Shown here piece after piece: positions 1-8,905 of a stretch of 64,000 nt of DNA; position 1 is the first letter of the stretch; each line of letters opens with the position of its first letter. Source of the DNA: an uncultured Desulfosarcina sp. (GTDB lineage: Bacteria > Desulfobacterota > Desulfobacteria > Desulfobacterales > Desulfosarcinaceae); assembly GCA_963674945.2 (NCBI GenBank), contig CAXXWQ010000003.1, positions 1-64,000 on the forward strand, given 5' to 3'. Position numbers and translations under genes: made by a program. Under the pieces are notes generated by a model that saw only the letters and a list, made by a program, of their open reading frames with translations, searched no databases and was not told where the DNA came from.

Positions 1-351
1 ATTTATCCGGACGTAGAGGGAGATCTGATCGGATGCAGGTTGTGGCTGCTGGATCGGGAAAAGGATCTGCCGTCTCGGTTGCGGCTCGCGGAAACTTACG
101 CCAGGGAGGGGCTGGCATGGATGATCGAGGATTCCGTCGCCAAAACGGTGGAGGTATCCGCAAGCAGCGTGCGGCAAGGTGTGCTGGCGCTGTCCATCAA
201 GCTGCAATCAGAAGATGGCCGGGAGTATGCCTATGCCGTTTACAACGGACCGCCGGGCGCCGTTGTGTACGTGGACGACAGCCAGGTAATTCTGGATGAG
301 AACGGATTCGCCATCACCGATCGGACCGGTGGCGGTGTGAGCGGAAGATAG
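1..351 (+). CDS. Mu-like baseplate protein gp46 (5' truncated by window edge)
   Basis: Frame 1 is open from base 1 (IYPDVEGDLIGCRLWLLDREK...AETYAREGLAWMIED), typical of gp46; lies directly upstream of baseplate J. Confidence 0.8.
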   Translation: MYPDVEGDLIGCRLWLLDREKDLPSRLRLAETYAREGLAWMIEDSVAKTVEVSASSVRQGVLALSIKLQSEDGREYAYAVYNGPPGAVVYVDDSQVILDENGFAITDRTGGGVSGR

Positions 352-361
352 GAGGAAACTC

Positions 362-1444
362 GTGCCGTTTGACAGACCAGAGATGCAAACACTGATTATC
401 AGAACCGTAACGGACATCAACAGCCGTTTCCTGGAAGCTGGCAATGTGATGCGCAGAAAGGCAACGAAGGCGTTCGCGCGCGTGCTGGCCGGCATGGCCC
501 ACGGGCTGTATGGAAATATGGAGTGGGTATCGCGCCAGATCCTGCCGGACACCCAGGATGAGGATATCCTCTTGCGATTCGGCGCGGTCCACGGTGTCAG
601 CCGAATTGCGGGCGACTATGCGCGAGGAAATGTTACGGCGACGGGCACGAACGGATCCGTGATCGAAACGGGCAGCCTGTGGCAGCGAGCGGATGGCGTG
701 GTGTTCGTCACACAGTCCTCTGCCGTCATCGCCAGTGGCTCGGCCACAGTGACGTTGAAGGCAGAGGAGATCGGCGCCGATTGGAATACCGCATCCGGAG
801 AGACGATCGATCTGGTTTCTCCCATCGCCGGCGTCAACTCTTCCGCTATCGTCGACGAGGACGGCCTGGCCGGCGGGCTGGACGTTGAGACGATTGCCGC
901 ATACCGCCGGCGTGTGCTCCGGCGCACCGCATCCTATTTCACCGGCGCCAATGCCGCCGTCTATCGCCAATGGGCGCTGGAAGTGTCGGGCGTCACGCGG
1001 GCGTGGGTCTATGAGAACTCGCCGGCACCAGGATCGGTCACCTTGCTGTTCGTATGTGACGACATCGATCCTATTTTTCCTGATTCATCCAAGATCGCGG
1101 CGGTTGCCGATTACATCGAAGAACACGTCGATCCCAATACCGGCGTTACGGTGGGGCGTGCCGTGAACGTAACCATGACGGTCGCTGCGCCGACGGAAAA
1201 GGCGATCAATTTCACCATCACGCCGACGCCGAACACAACGTCTGTCCGCACGGCCATCGAGGCAGAGCTTTCCGCATTGCTCAGTCAGGAAGGCGAGCCC
1301 GGCGGTACGATCCCGCTGTCCCGCATCAATGAAGCAATTTCGTTCGCAAAGGGAGAGGTAAGCCACGTGCTGTCATCGCCGGTAGCGGATGTGACATGCG
1401 ATGACGACGAAATACCAACCTTGGGAACGATAACATGGCCCTGA
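362..1444 (+). CDS. Baseplate J / Mu gp47 family protein
   Basis: MPFDRP..., QILPDT, GGLDVET...YRRRV, Y.QWALEVSGVTRAWV motifs; RBS GGAGG upstream. Confidence 0.9.
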   Translation: MPFDRPEMQTLIIRTVTDINSRFLEAGNVMRRKATKAFARVLAGMAHGLYGNMEWVSRQILPDTQDEDILLRFGAVHGVSRIAGDYARGNVTATGTNGSVIETGSLWQRADGVVFVTQSSAVIASGSATVTLKAEEIGADWNTASGETIDLVSPIAGVNSSAIVDEDGLAGGLDVETIAAYRRRVLRRTASYFTGANAAVYRQWALEVSGVTRAWVYENSPAPGSVTLLFVCDDIDPIFPDSSKIAAVADYIEEHVDPNTGVTVGRAVNVTMTVAAPTEKAINFTITPTPNTTSVRTAIEAELSALLSQEGEPGGTIPLSRINEAISFAKGEVSHVLSSPVADVTCDDDEIPTLGTITWP

Positions 1445-1980
1445 TCGATGATTACACCAGCCAAATTAAGGCGTTGCTCCCGCCGGGAAGCGCATGGACG
1501 CGCGATCCCGGATCGAACATGAGCCGCTTTATAGAGGGTATGGCCGTGGAGTTCGCGCGGATCGGCGAGCGCGTGGAGGATCTTTTACTGGAGATGGACC
1601 CGTCCCGCGCGATCGAGCTGCTCACCGAGTGGGAGACGGTCTGGGGCCTGCCTGATCCATGCACCGGAGATCTGGATACGCTCGGAGAGCGCAGGGCGGC
1701 GCTGCTGGCCAGAGTGACGGCGGTGGGAGGACAGTCGCCCGGATTCTTCATTCGCCTTGCAGACTCGCTGGGCTACACGATCACCATCGACGAAAACGTG
1801 GGCGGCAATCCGACGGTTTGGCGCGTCAATGCGCCGGAAACCAGCGTGCGCTGGGCGCGTGCTGGGCAGATGCGAGCCGGCGACCGGATCCGTACCTGGG
1901 GCAACGATGCGCTGGAGTGCGCGATTCTCTCCGTCAACCCGGCCCATCTTACCGTTTTATTCGGATATGGAGGTACCTGA
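1435..1980 (+). CDS. Mu gp48 / YmfQ (DUF2313) tail protein
   Basis: LLPPGSAW, ELLTEWE..WGLPDPC, GGQS..FFI.LA..LGY, LECAI...PAH motifs. Confidence 0.88.
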   Translation: MALIDDYTSQIKALLPPGSAWTRDPGSNMSRFIEGMAVEFARIGERVEDLLLEMDPSRAIELLTEWETVWGLPDPCTGDLDTLGERRAALLARVTAVGGQSPGFFIRLADSLGYTITIDENVGGNPTVWRVNAPETSVRWARAGQMRAGDRIRTWGNDALECAILSVNPAHLTVLFGYGGT

Positions 1981-2513
1981 TGCACAAGATCGATTCACCC
2001 AGCGCCACCGGAGAAAATGAGTTTACCGACGGCGATTCGGCCAGCGGAATTCTGGCAACGGAGGTCTGGTCCAAGTGGCTCAACATGATGCAGCGTGAGC
2101 TGGTTGCCATTTGTGCGGCCGCCGGCATAACGCTGGACGATGCCAACGACGCCCAGGTGCTCGAGGCGATCGGCAAACTGATGGCCGTAAAGCAGAAGTT
2201 GGTGCCGATCGGACCGTGGGACATGCAGAGCGACAGCCAAAACTGGGACATCGATCCTGGTGTCGAACAGAGCGCGATTCTCGGGATCCGGGCCGTACAT
2301 ATTTTCACGGATGAAGGGACAACCTACGGTTCTTTTCCGTTAGACAACAGCAGCCAGAGCAATGATGTCGCGGACGGTTGGTTCAGTGTCGGCGAAGATC
2401 TGTACGGCGCAATAAAAATCCGACTCAACAGGTCGTCCGGCGGGCTCTTCGATAATGCGGCATTCAGCGACGACACGATGAACCGGGGCTATGTCGTTCT
2501 CGAATATATATAA
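1980..2513 (+). CDS. Short tail fibre/collar-like protein (Mu gp49-type N-terminus)
   Basis: ATG at 1980 overlaps the gp48 TGA; MHKID...FTDGD...AT...WLNMMQRELVAI..AAGITLD...QVLEAI is the Mu-type tail-fibre N-terminus. The upstream extension in the ORF track (1659) overlaps gp48 and is spurious. Confidence 0.75.
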   Translation: MHKIDSPSATGENEFTDGDSASGILATEVWSKWLNMMQRELVAICAAAGITLDDANDAQVLEAIGKLMAVKQKLVPIGPWDMQSDSQNWDIDPGVEQSAILGIRAVHIFTDEGTTYGSFPLDNSSQSNDVADGWFSVGEDLYGAIKIRLNRSSGGLFDNAAFSDDTMNRGYVVLEYI

Positions 2514-2525
2514 AAGGCGGGCATC

Positions 2526-2996
2526 ATGATCATTACGGCAGAGCAGATCGAACAGCGGCTGCTTGGCATATGGCCAAACTTATATCACCGATGGCTATCG
2601 GACAGGCGGACCTGGTCGCCTGGCGTGAATGAGTTTTCGACGCGTGCCGTATCCCTTGGCATTCATAAATTGAAGCCTCGGAAAGGATATCTCGAGTGCG
2701 AAGAGTTTGCGCGGATGTTCCAAGGGGCGCTCACTCGTTTGCTGGTCGACGAGGCCAATGCGAAAAGGCAGTCCGGTGGCGCCGTTCCGATAGATCTTTC
2801 CCTTTCCTGGGCCTTCGGTCGCGCCAAAGGGATGAACTTTCCGCACGTTAAGCGGGGCATCAGCCATGATCTGATTTTCCTCATACCAGACGATGGTGTT
2901 GTTCGCCTGTACGAGCCGCAAACCTGCCAGATATGGATCCCAGACGTGAGTATGGATGAAAACGATGAGAATTTTGTCTACTTTGTAGAAATGTGA
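2526..2996 (+). CDS. Phage hypothetical protein, possible papain/transglutaminase-like Cys-His-Glu fold
   Basis: Co-oriented in the phage operon; ECEEFA...SHD...LYEPQT pattern. Confidence 0.55.
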   Translation: MIITAEQIEQRLLGIWPNLYHRWLSDRRTWSPGVNEFSTRAVSLGIHKLKPRKGYLECEEFARMFQGALTRLLVDEANAKRQSGGAVPIDLSLSWAFGRAKGMNFPHVKRGISHDLIFLIPDDGVVRLYEPQTCQIWIPDVSMDENDENFVYFVEM

Positions 2997-3003
2997 GGTT
3001 GAA

Positions 3004-6000
3004 ATGAAAAAGACCTATATCCTCGTTTGTCTCATGATCGCACTGGTTACCGGCTGCGCCTCGACGGGAAGTGATCCGGTAGCTTCAGATAAATACATGG
3101 AGATGTCCAAAGACACGGAGGCCCCGGCCACCAGCTACCCCCAGGACGCATCTCCGGATCGTGACGACGAGGCCCTGGCGATCAATAATCCGGACGGGAC
3201 CTGGAACATAACCAGGGTGCCGTATTCATCGATCCTGGAGTTGCTCGAGGACAGCGACATCCCGCAATCCATCGCGCGGGATAGCGAACTTCCGGATGTG
3301 TCGGGGCTTTCCGACGAGATTGAAGCGCTCAGTGACACCGTTACGAATCATGAAGATGAGATATCCGACCTCGCCGATGATATCGAGACGCTTAATGATT
3401 CCATCGCAAATCAGGTTGTTGTTAATACATATACATACCGAAAAGATAATTTGGCCGCAGCAGACGACGATTACGAGTTTTTCATCGCCAACCTGCCGAT
3501 GACCATCGAGTCCTTCGGGGTTCACTGTTCCGGTACCTGCACGACCACCGCCGAGATCTCCCTGGAAGACAGGGGCGGGACGGCGATGAACCATTCCGTT
3601 ATCGAGGCGAGCACTGGCACGGAGCAGACAAGGATCTACTCGGTAACTGGCGCGAATACGCTCGCCACCGGAGAAGGTCTGTGCTTCGACGTTGATAATA
3701 CACCTGTTCCTGAAACCGACAGCTATACGCTGATGGTCACGTATCGAATCCCGGAACTCAATTACGATTACATGCCGTTTTCGCAGATCGGAGATGCAAA
3801 TCTCGATTTCACGCTCTCTTTACCGGCCGCAAGTTCAGTGGAGATCGTCTGGGGTGACGGGGATATAACGACCGTCAACGGCCCGGTATCGTCGCAGAAC
3901 TTTGCGCATACCTACCCCACGAGCAATACATATAACGGCATGATCCGGTATGACCTGGACGATATCACCTATTTTCATGCGGCCAACGAGACCGGCCTTA
4001 CGATCAATCTGGCCGAATTGCCATCCGGACTCAACGGCATTCTCAACCTTGACAATACGCTGGCCTATGGGGATGCCACGGCGCTTTCCCAGAACATCAC
4101 CGACCTTCATCTCAGGAACACCGCCGCAAGCGGATCGCTGGCAGCCCTGCCGCATGTCGTCTCTGTCCTTGATATTGAGGGAACGCAGGTAACGGGCGAT
4201 ATCGGAGATCTGTGGAGTGGGCTTGCCGGAAGTTTTCTTGCATCGAATACCGCAATTGGCGGTGACATCGCGGACCTTCCCTCCACCATTACAGGAAACG
4301 TCGATATCAGCAATACGTCCGTCAACACGTATACATCCGGGACGTGGCCGATGCAGACGGCATCGGGGAAAACAATTTCATTCGCAGATCTTGGTCTGGA
4401 TGCCACGGAAGTTAACAATATTCTGATAGATCTGAACACCTATGCGGATGCAAATTCGATAACCGGCGGGACTCTTGATCTGACCGGCAACGATAGCAGG
4501 ACAACAGATTCCGATACGGCGTATGGAAACCTTGCCTATGTGCTGGGCTGGACAATCGGAGAGCCAACGCAGGAGATGGCGTTTACTCAGGATGGTTCCG
4601 TTGATCTTACGCTCGGTTTTACCGTTTCACTGCCGTCCGGGAGCGAAATTGAGATCGATTGGGGTGATTCTACCAGTACGACCGTGACCGGCCCTGTCAC
4701 CGAAACCCTTTACGAGCACACCTATTCGACGGCGACGACGTACAGTGGAACTATAACGGGAGACTGGCATTCCGTCACATACCTGGCTGCAAATGGCGAG
4801 ACCGGACTGTCACTTGATGCCGGAGATCTTCCATCCGGTCTAACCGATTTATTGGGATTGGTCGGCGTGACATTCACAGGCGGCTCGACTCTGGCAGACC
4901 TACCGCGTAGCCTTACCGGCGGACTGGCGATCAATTCAACCAACATAGGCGGCAGTGTGACGGGTTTACCGAGCGGTCTCGTTTCATTTGTAAATTTAAA
5001 AGATACGAGCGTTACCGGGGCGGCATCTGATTTTTCTATATCTCCGACCAGCGTGCTCAACCTGGAAGGGACTGCCATTACAGGGGACATTGCGGATCTG
5101 CCTGCGTCCCTGGCAACCAGCATCTTTCTCTCCGGCTGCGGTATTGACGACTATACCGGCGGTTCGTGGCCGTTCAACACCGGAAACGGGGCAATCCTCA
5201 CGTTCGACAATCTCGGTTTGGATGCAACGGAGGTGGACAATATCCTGATCGACCTTGCCGCCCATGGCGCCACCGGCGGCAACATCAATCTGACCGGGAA
5301 CGCGAACCGGACATCCTCATCGGATGCAGCCTACACCGCCCTTACAACCACATTGGGATGGACCGTATCGGTGGGAACAAGCGCTTCAGCGAATACATAT
5401 TATGTTGCTGATGGGTTGGATGGAGACGGATCTGAAAGCTCTCCATATTCGACCGCACAATTTGAAGCCCTGACAGGTGATTACAGCGGAGATATCTTTT
5501 ATTTTACAGGAACTATCACCGAGGACAGCCTCGATGTGAACATATACGGTACGAGCGGAAACCCGGTAACCCTTGACGGTTGGTCGGGCGGAACGTGCGA
5601 ACCGGTTGTGTCGACCTGCTCATCCTCCGCATACATGGGGGCAACGTTGCTCAATATCGGCGGGAACGACCATATCCGCATACAGGATTTGCGATGGGCC
5701 GCCAACTATACAAGGGCGATCCAAAGCACCAACGCGGTCCCGGTGGACGGGATAGAGGTCCGACGATGCGAATTACATCGATCGACGCTTGGCAGCATAT
5801 ATCTGCCATACGCGAACGATGCGCTCATTTACTACAACAATATCGATTCGGACAATACGTCCGGAGTCGGCCATAACATTGAAATACGGGCCGGGAAAAA
5901 CAACCGGATCGTGCGAAACACGATTGACGGCGGTTTCGTCGGTCTGATCCTGAAATCCGGGGCCACAGTTGGCGGCGGTGGGATCACCGGCAACGGTTCC

Positions 6001-7071
6001 GTGCTCGAAAATAATATCGTTGTCTGCAATACGATCACATACCCGAGGGAAGAGGGGGCATCCTATGATGCTGTCTATAACAGCACGCCAGACGTTACGA
6101 CCTTTGACCGGGATGTGATCTCTGCAGTTGGTACAAACACAATAGAATTAGCCCATGCAAATTGGGATAGCACATCGACTGATTTTTCTGGTTACTACAT
6201 GGTGTTTCTGACCGGGTCGCTGATCGGTGAAACATATGAGATCCAGGCCCATGCATATGACGATTTTACTTTTACTGAAAATGTTTCGGCCGCATCGGCG
6301 GGCGACGAGGTAGCAATCTGCGCCCCGGCGATAAATTTATATTTCGGGTTTAACACGATTACCCATACGTGGAATTCCTGCCCGCTTGTGTTCGGTTCAG
6401 CTTACAGGGTGATGTTCGAGGGTAATACTACTCTCGGTGCCGGTTCCATGACGATGCAACATGCATTTACCGGCTACCCGTCGGATTACTCAGTGACAGG
6501 TAACTGTTCATTCGGTGTGCCGTATAACGGGCTGTTTTATAACAACAACTCCATAAATGATCTGAATGCCTTTGTGTACAACCCTGGGAATTGCTCCGAT
6601 TCCTATGGTGTGACGTTGATGCATAAAATCGAGTTTTACAGCAACACCGTCTCGGATCGCATCTACGTTGATAATGTCAATTATTATGCGCACGACAATT
6701 CAGCCGGCGGCGGGATAGTCGAAGGATGGGCAGCAACGAACAATGCCTCTTTCGGCGTTGACTGGCCTTATATCACAGCGGTTTCGATCAATGGATCGAG
6801 CGTATCGGTCACGTGGTCCCAATCGGTCGACACGACATCATATAACACCGGCGATCTTTTCCTTTACTACGATTGGGATATCGATACGCCGATCAATCTG
6901 TCTTCTCCCAGCGGCTCCGGCGCGACGAGGACATTTACCGCAGCCACGGCCGCGACCAACGGCCAGACGGTGCATATCAATTACCCGGCCAGGGGGACGA
7001 TCGTCGATGCCACAGACGGTGACGATATGATCGTGACCGGGTTCAAGACGGTTACCAACGCAACACCGTAG
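3004..7071 (+). CDS. Large acidic predicted lipoprotein: two PKD-like + LRR-like modules, a beta-helix region and a C-terminal beta-sandwich
   Basis: Lipobox LVTG-C; duplicated EIxWGD and GDIADLP modules; TYYVADG.DGDGSESSPYST start of a beta-helix-type domain. Confidence 0.7.
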   Translation: MKKTYILVCLMIALVTGCASTGSDPVASDKYMEMSKDTEAPATSYPQDASPDRDDEALAINNPDGTWNITRVPYSSILELLEDSDIPQSIARDSELPDVSGLSDEIEALSDTVTNHEDEISDLADDIETLNDSIANQVVVNTYTYRKDNLAAADDDYEFFIANLPMTIESFGVHCSGTCTTTAEISLEDRGGTAMNHSVIEASTGTEQTRIYSVTGANTLATGEGLCFDVDNTPVPETDSYTLMVTYRIPELNYDYMPFSQIGDANLDFTLSLPAASSVEIVWGDGDITTVNGPVSSQNFAHTYPTSNTYNGMIRYDLDDITYFHAANETGLTINLAELPSGLNGILNLDNTLAYGDATALSQNITDLHLRNTAASGSLAALPHVVSVLDIEGTQVTGDIGDLWSGLAGSFLASNTAIGGDIADLPSTITGNVDISNTSVNTYTSGTWPMQTASGKTISFADLGLDATEVNNILIDLNTYADANSITGGTLDLTGNDSRTTDSDTAYGNLAYVLGWTIGEPTQEMAFTQDGSVDLTLGFTVSLPSGSEIEIDWGDSTSTTVTGPVTETLYEHTYSTATTYSGTITGDWHSVTYLAANGETGLSLDAGDLPSGLTDLLGLVGVTFTGGSTLADLPRSLTGGLAINSTNIGGSVTGLPSGLVSFVNLKDTSVTGAASDFSISPTSVLNLEGTAITGDIADLPASLATSIFLSGCGIDDYTGGSWPFNTGNGAILTFDNLGLDATEVDNILIDLAAHGATGGNINLTGNANRTSSSDAAYTALTTTLGWTVSVGTSASANTYYVADGLDGDGSESSPYSTAQFEALTGDYSGDIFYFTGTITEDSLDVNIYGTSGNPVTLDGWSGGTCEPVVSTCSSSAYMGATLLNIGGNDHIRIQDLRWAANYTRAIQSTNAVPVDGIEVRRCELHRSTLGSIYLPYANDALIYYNNIDSDNTSGVGHNIEIRAGKNNRIVRNTIDGGFVGLILKSGATVGGGGITGNGSVLENNIVVCNTITYPREEGASYDAVYNSTPDVTTFDRDVISAVGTNTIELAHANWDSTSTDFSGYYMVFLTGSLIGETYEIQAHAYDDFTFTENVSAASAGDEVAICAPAINLYFGFNTITHTWNSCPLVFGSAYRVMFEGNTTLGAGSMTMQHAFTGYPSDYSVTGNCSFGVPYNGLFYNNNSINDLNAFVYNPGNCSDSYGVTLMHKIEFYSNTVSDRIYVDNVNYYAHDNSAGGGIVEGWAATNNASFGVDWPYITAVSINGSSVSVTWSQSVDTTSYNTGDLFLYYDWDIDTPINLSSPSGSGATRTFTAATAATNGQTVHINYPARGTIVDATDGDDMIVTGFKTVTNATP

Positions 7072-7078
7072 AAACGAA

Positions 7079-7163
7079 AAGGGCCGCCCTGGTGGATGTG
7101 GCGACATCCCCAGGGCGAATGGCTGCCAGTGGACAACCAAACATCTGAAAACAGACGGCCCTT
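7079..7163 (+). promoter_or_regulatory. Structured RNA leader / hairpin upstream of the phage methylase
   Basis: CGCCCTGG-T-GGATGT-GGCG-ACATCC-CCAGGGCG hairpin enclosed by AAGGGCCG...CGGCCCTT. Confidence 0.5.
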
Positions 7164-7190
7164 GTGGCCAAAATACGTTTGGAGATTACC

Positions 7191-7949
7191 GTGAACAGTC
7201 CATTGGCTTATATCGGCGGAAAATCGAAACTCTCAAATACCATCATTGAAATGATGCCCAAGCATAGATCCTATTGCGAAGTGTTCGCCGGTGCTGCATG
7301 GGTGTTTTTCAGGAAGGAGCAATCCAAATACGAGGTGATCAATGACCTGGATGGCGATCTGGTCGCATTCTACAGGGTGCTGCAGAATCATCTGGAGGAA
7401 TTTTTAAAGCAGTTCAAGTGGCTATTGGCATCCAGGGAGTGGTTCGAGGACTGGAAGCGGCAACAGGATGCTGGAGGGCTTACGGATATCCAACGCGCGG
7501 CCAGATATTACTATCTGCAGCGGCTATGTTTTGGAGGGAGGGTAAGAGGCAGGGTTTATGGAACAGCACCGATGAGCCAACCGAGAATCAACCTGGTCCG
7601 GATGGAGGAGGAACTCTCTTCCGTCCATCTGCGGCTTATTGGTGTTACGATTGAGCATCTGTCCTGGGATGATTTTATTTCGAAATACGATCGGGCTGGG
7701 ACCTTGTTTTATTGTGATCCACCTTATTATAAGAGCCCGGTTTACAAACACAACATGACGATATCTGACTATGAACAGATGGCCGATGTTTTGGCCGGCA
7801 TTAATGGAAAATTCTTACTCAGTATCAACGACCATCCCGATATAAGGAAGGTATTTAAAGCATTCGAGATCAAACCCGTTTCGCTTAAATATACAGTTTC
7901 GACTGGCAAGCAGACGGTTGGGAATGAGTTGCTGATTACGAATTTTTAA
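7191..7949 (+). CDS. DNA adenine methyltransferase (Dam/D12 class) at the Mu mom position
   Basis: SPLAYIGGKS, EVFAGAAWVFF, EVINDLDGDL, DPPY motifs; GTG start at 7191 behind GGAG RBS. Confidence 0.92.
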   Translation: MNSPLAYIGGKSKLSNTIIEMMPKHRSYCEVFAGAAWVFFRKEQSKYEVINDLDGDLVAFYRVLQNHLEEFLKQFKWLLASREWFEDWKRQQDAGGLTDIQRAARYYYLQRLCFGGRVRGRVYGTAPMSQPRINLVRMEEELSSVHLRLIGVTIEHLSWDDFISKYDRAGTLFYCDPPYYKSPVYKHNMTISDYEQMADVLAGINGKFLLSINDHPDIRKVFKAFEIKPVSLKYTVSTGKQTVGNELLITNF

Positions 7950-7973
7950 AGGGGATTTAAGGGCAATTTACGC

Positions 7974-8021
7974 GGTTTCAAACCAGGTGCAAAATGGTTT
8001 CAAACCAGGTGCCGCGTTACA
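7974..8021 (+). repeat. Mu-type right end: two transposase-binding repeats and terminal CA
   Basis: GGTTTCAAACCAGGTGC at 7974-7990 and 7996-8012 (22-bp period), then CGCGTTACA. Confidence 0.85.
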
Positions 8022-8022
8022 A

Positions 8023-8082
8023 GTCCCAGCCGATCTTCAAGCTTACGTCGGCAAAAAAGAGTTGCGGTACCGGAACACATAA
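8023..8082 (+). pseudogene. Remnant of the N-terminal (DUF6538-like) domain of a tyrosine integrase, cut by the prophage
   Basis: Reads VPADLQAYVGKKELRY(RNT*) immediately after the phage terminal CA. Confidence 0.55.
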
Positions 8083-8205
8083 CCCCCGATACAGACAAGC
8101 CCCCAAATCCAGCGTTAATCGATCATGACCTTCTGCTTAACTGGTTCATCATCCATCTGCTCGCATTAGACAGGAAAGAATCCGGATTGTTGACTGAACA
8201 TCGGG

Positions 8206-8487
8206 TACCTGAAGTTTAAGTCCCGATTCAATTGGTCGTTGTCAAATCTGGTTGCTTTTCTCAGATGGAATCTTTTTACTTACAGGGATTTATGGGAATG
8301 GATCGACAAACCGTTCGATGTCCTTCCCTGAACGACTCAGTCTGTCCAATATCCTCTTCCGTTTAAGGGAATTGGACAGCACCAACTGAAAGAGGCAACC
8401 TGATTCTGAAGTTAGGCGGATTTCTCGCCTAACACGTTCAAATATCAAAGAGCAGTTTCGTTTTTTTGATTATTTGGGACAGCAGCG
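8206..8487 (+). mobile_element. IS4-family transposase 3' remnant with right terminal repeat
   Basis: YLKFKSRFNWSLSNLVAFLRWNLFTYRDLWEWIDKPF resembles the IS4 (DUF4372-type) C-terminus; ends in GGACAGCAGCG. Confidence 0.65.
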
Positions 8488-8615
8488 TAACTTAAGATCA
8501 CAAAAAATAAAAAGGGGGCTTGATGGATTGGAAAAAAAGTAACCTGAAATTGAGCTTACAGACACCTTCTCCAAATCGGACACTTTCAGATTAAATCTGA
8601 ACTTCAGCATTCTTT

Positions 8616-8653
8616 TTAACTAATTTCTAATCAACGCATAACATGTCACTAAT
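8616..8653 (+). promoter_or_regulatory. Four-unit Pho-box-like direct repeat upstream of the 8906 operon
   Basis: TTAAC(8616) CTAAT(8627) ATAAC(8638) CTAAT(8649), exact 11-bp period. Confidence 0.65.
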
Positions 8654-8905
8654 CCTATTTTTCTATTTTCTGTTCAATCGATAAAAGCAGTTGCATAAGC
8701 TTTGTCGCATAAGGTTTGCTGACAATGAAAATCTGTGGCAACGTAATTAAAATCGCTTTTGTAATATAAGGAGTAATCAATGCCTGACGAAACCATCAAC
8801 ATAGTGGTATTGTCTGCTTCTATTCTCTGTATTGTGCTGAGTGCGTTCTTTCCCGTCCTCTGATATTCGGTCATACCGGAACAAAGGAAAGCACGAAAGG
8901 GAAAT

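Larger units (their letters stand above)
1..8021 (+). mobile_element. Right arm of a Mu-like transposable prophage (left part outside the window)
   Basis: Mu gene order gp46-gp47(J)-gp48-tail fibre...DNA methylase, then two 17-bp direct repeats and a terminal ...TTACA at 8021. Confidence 0.85.

Noticed and set aside
1659..1979. N-terminal extension of ORF 1659-2513
   Set aside because: Overlaps gp48 in another frame; the real start is ATG 1980 (TGATG coupling) with a typical MHKID start
3769..5370. Diversity-generating retroelement TR/VR pair in the duplicated phage gene modules
   Set aside because: The repeats are diverged in-frame protein modules, differences are not adenine-specific, and no reverse transcriptase is present
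7974..8012. 17-bp direct repeats as a mini-CRISPR
   Set aside because: Only two copies with a 5-nt gap and no cas genes; the position fits transposase-binding sites at a Mu end
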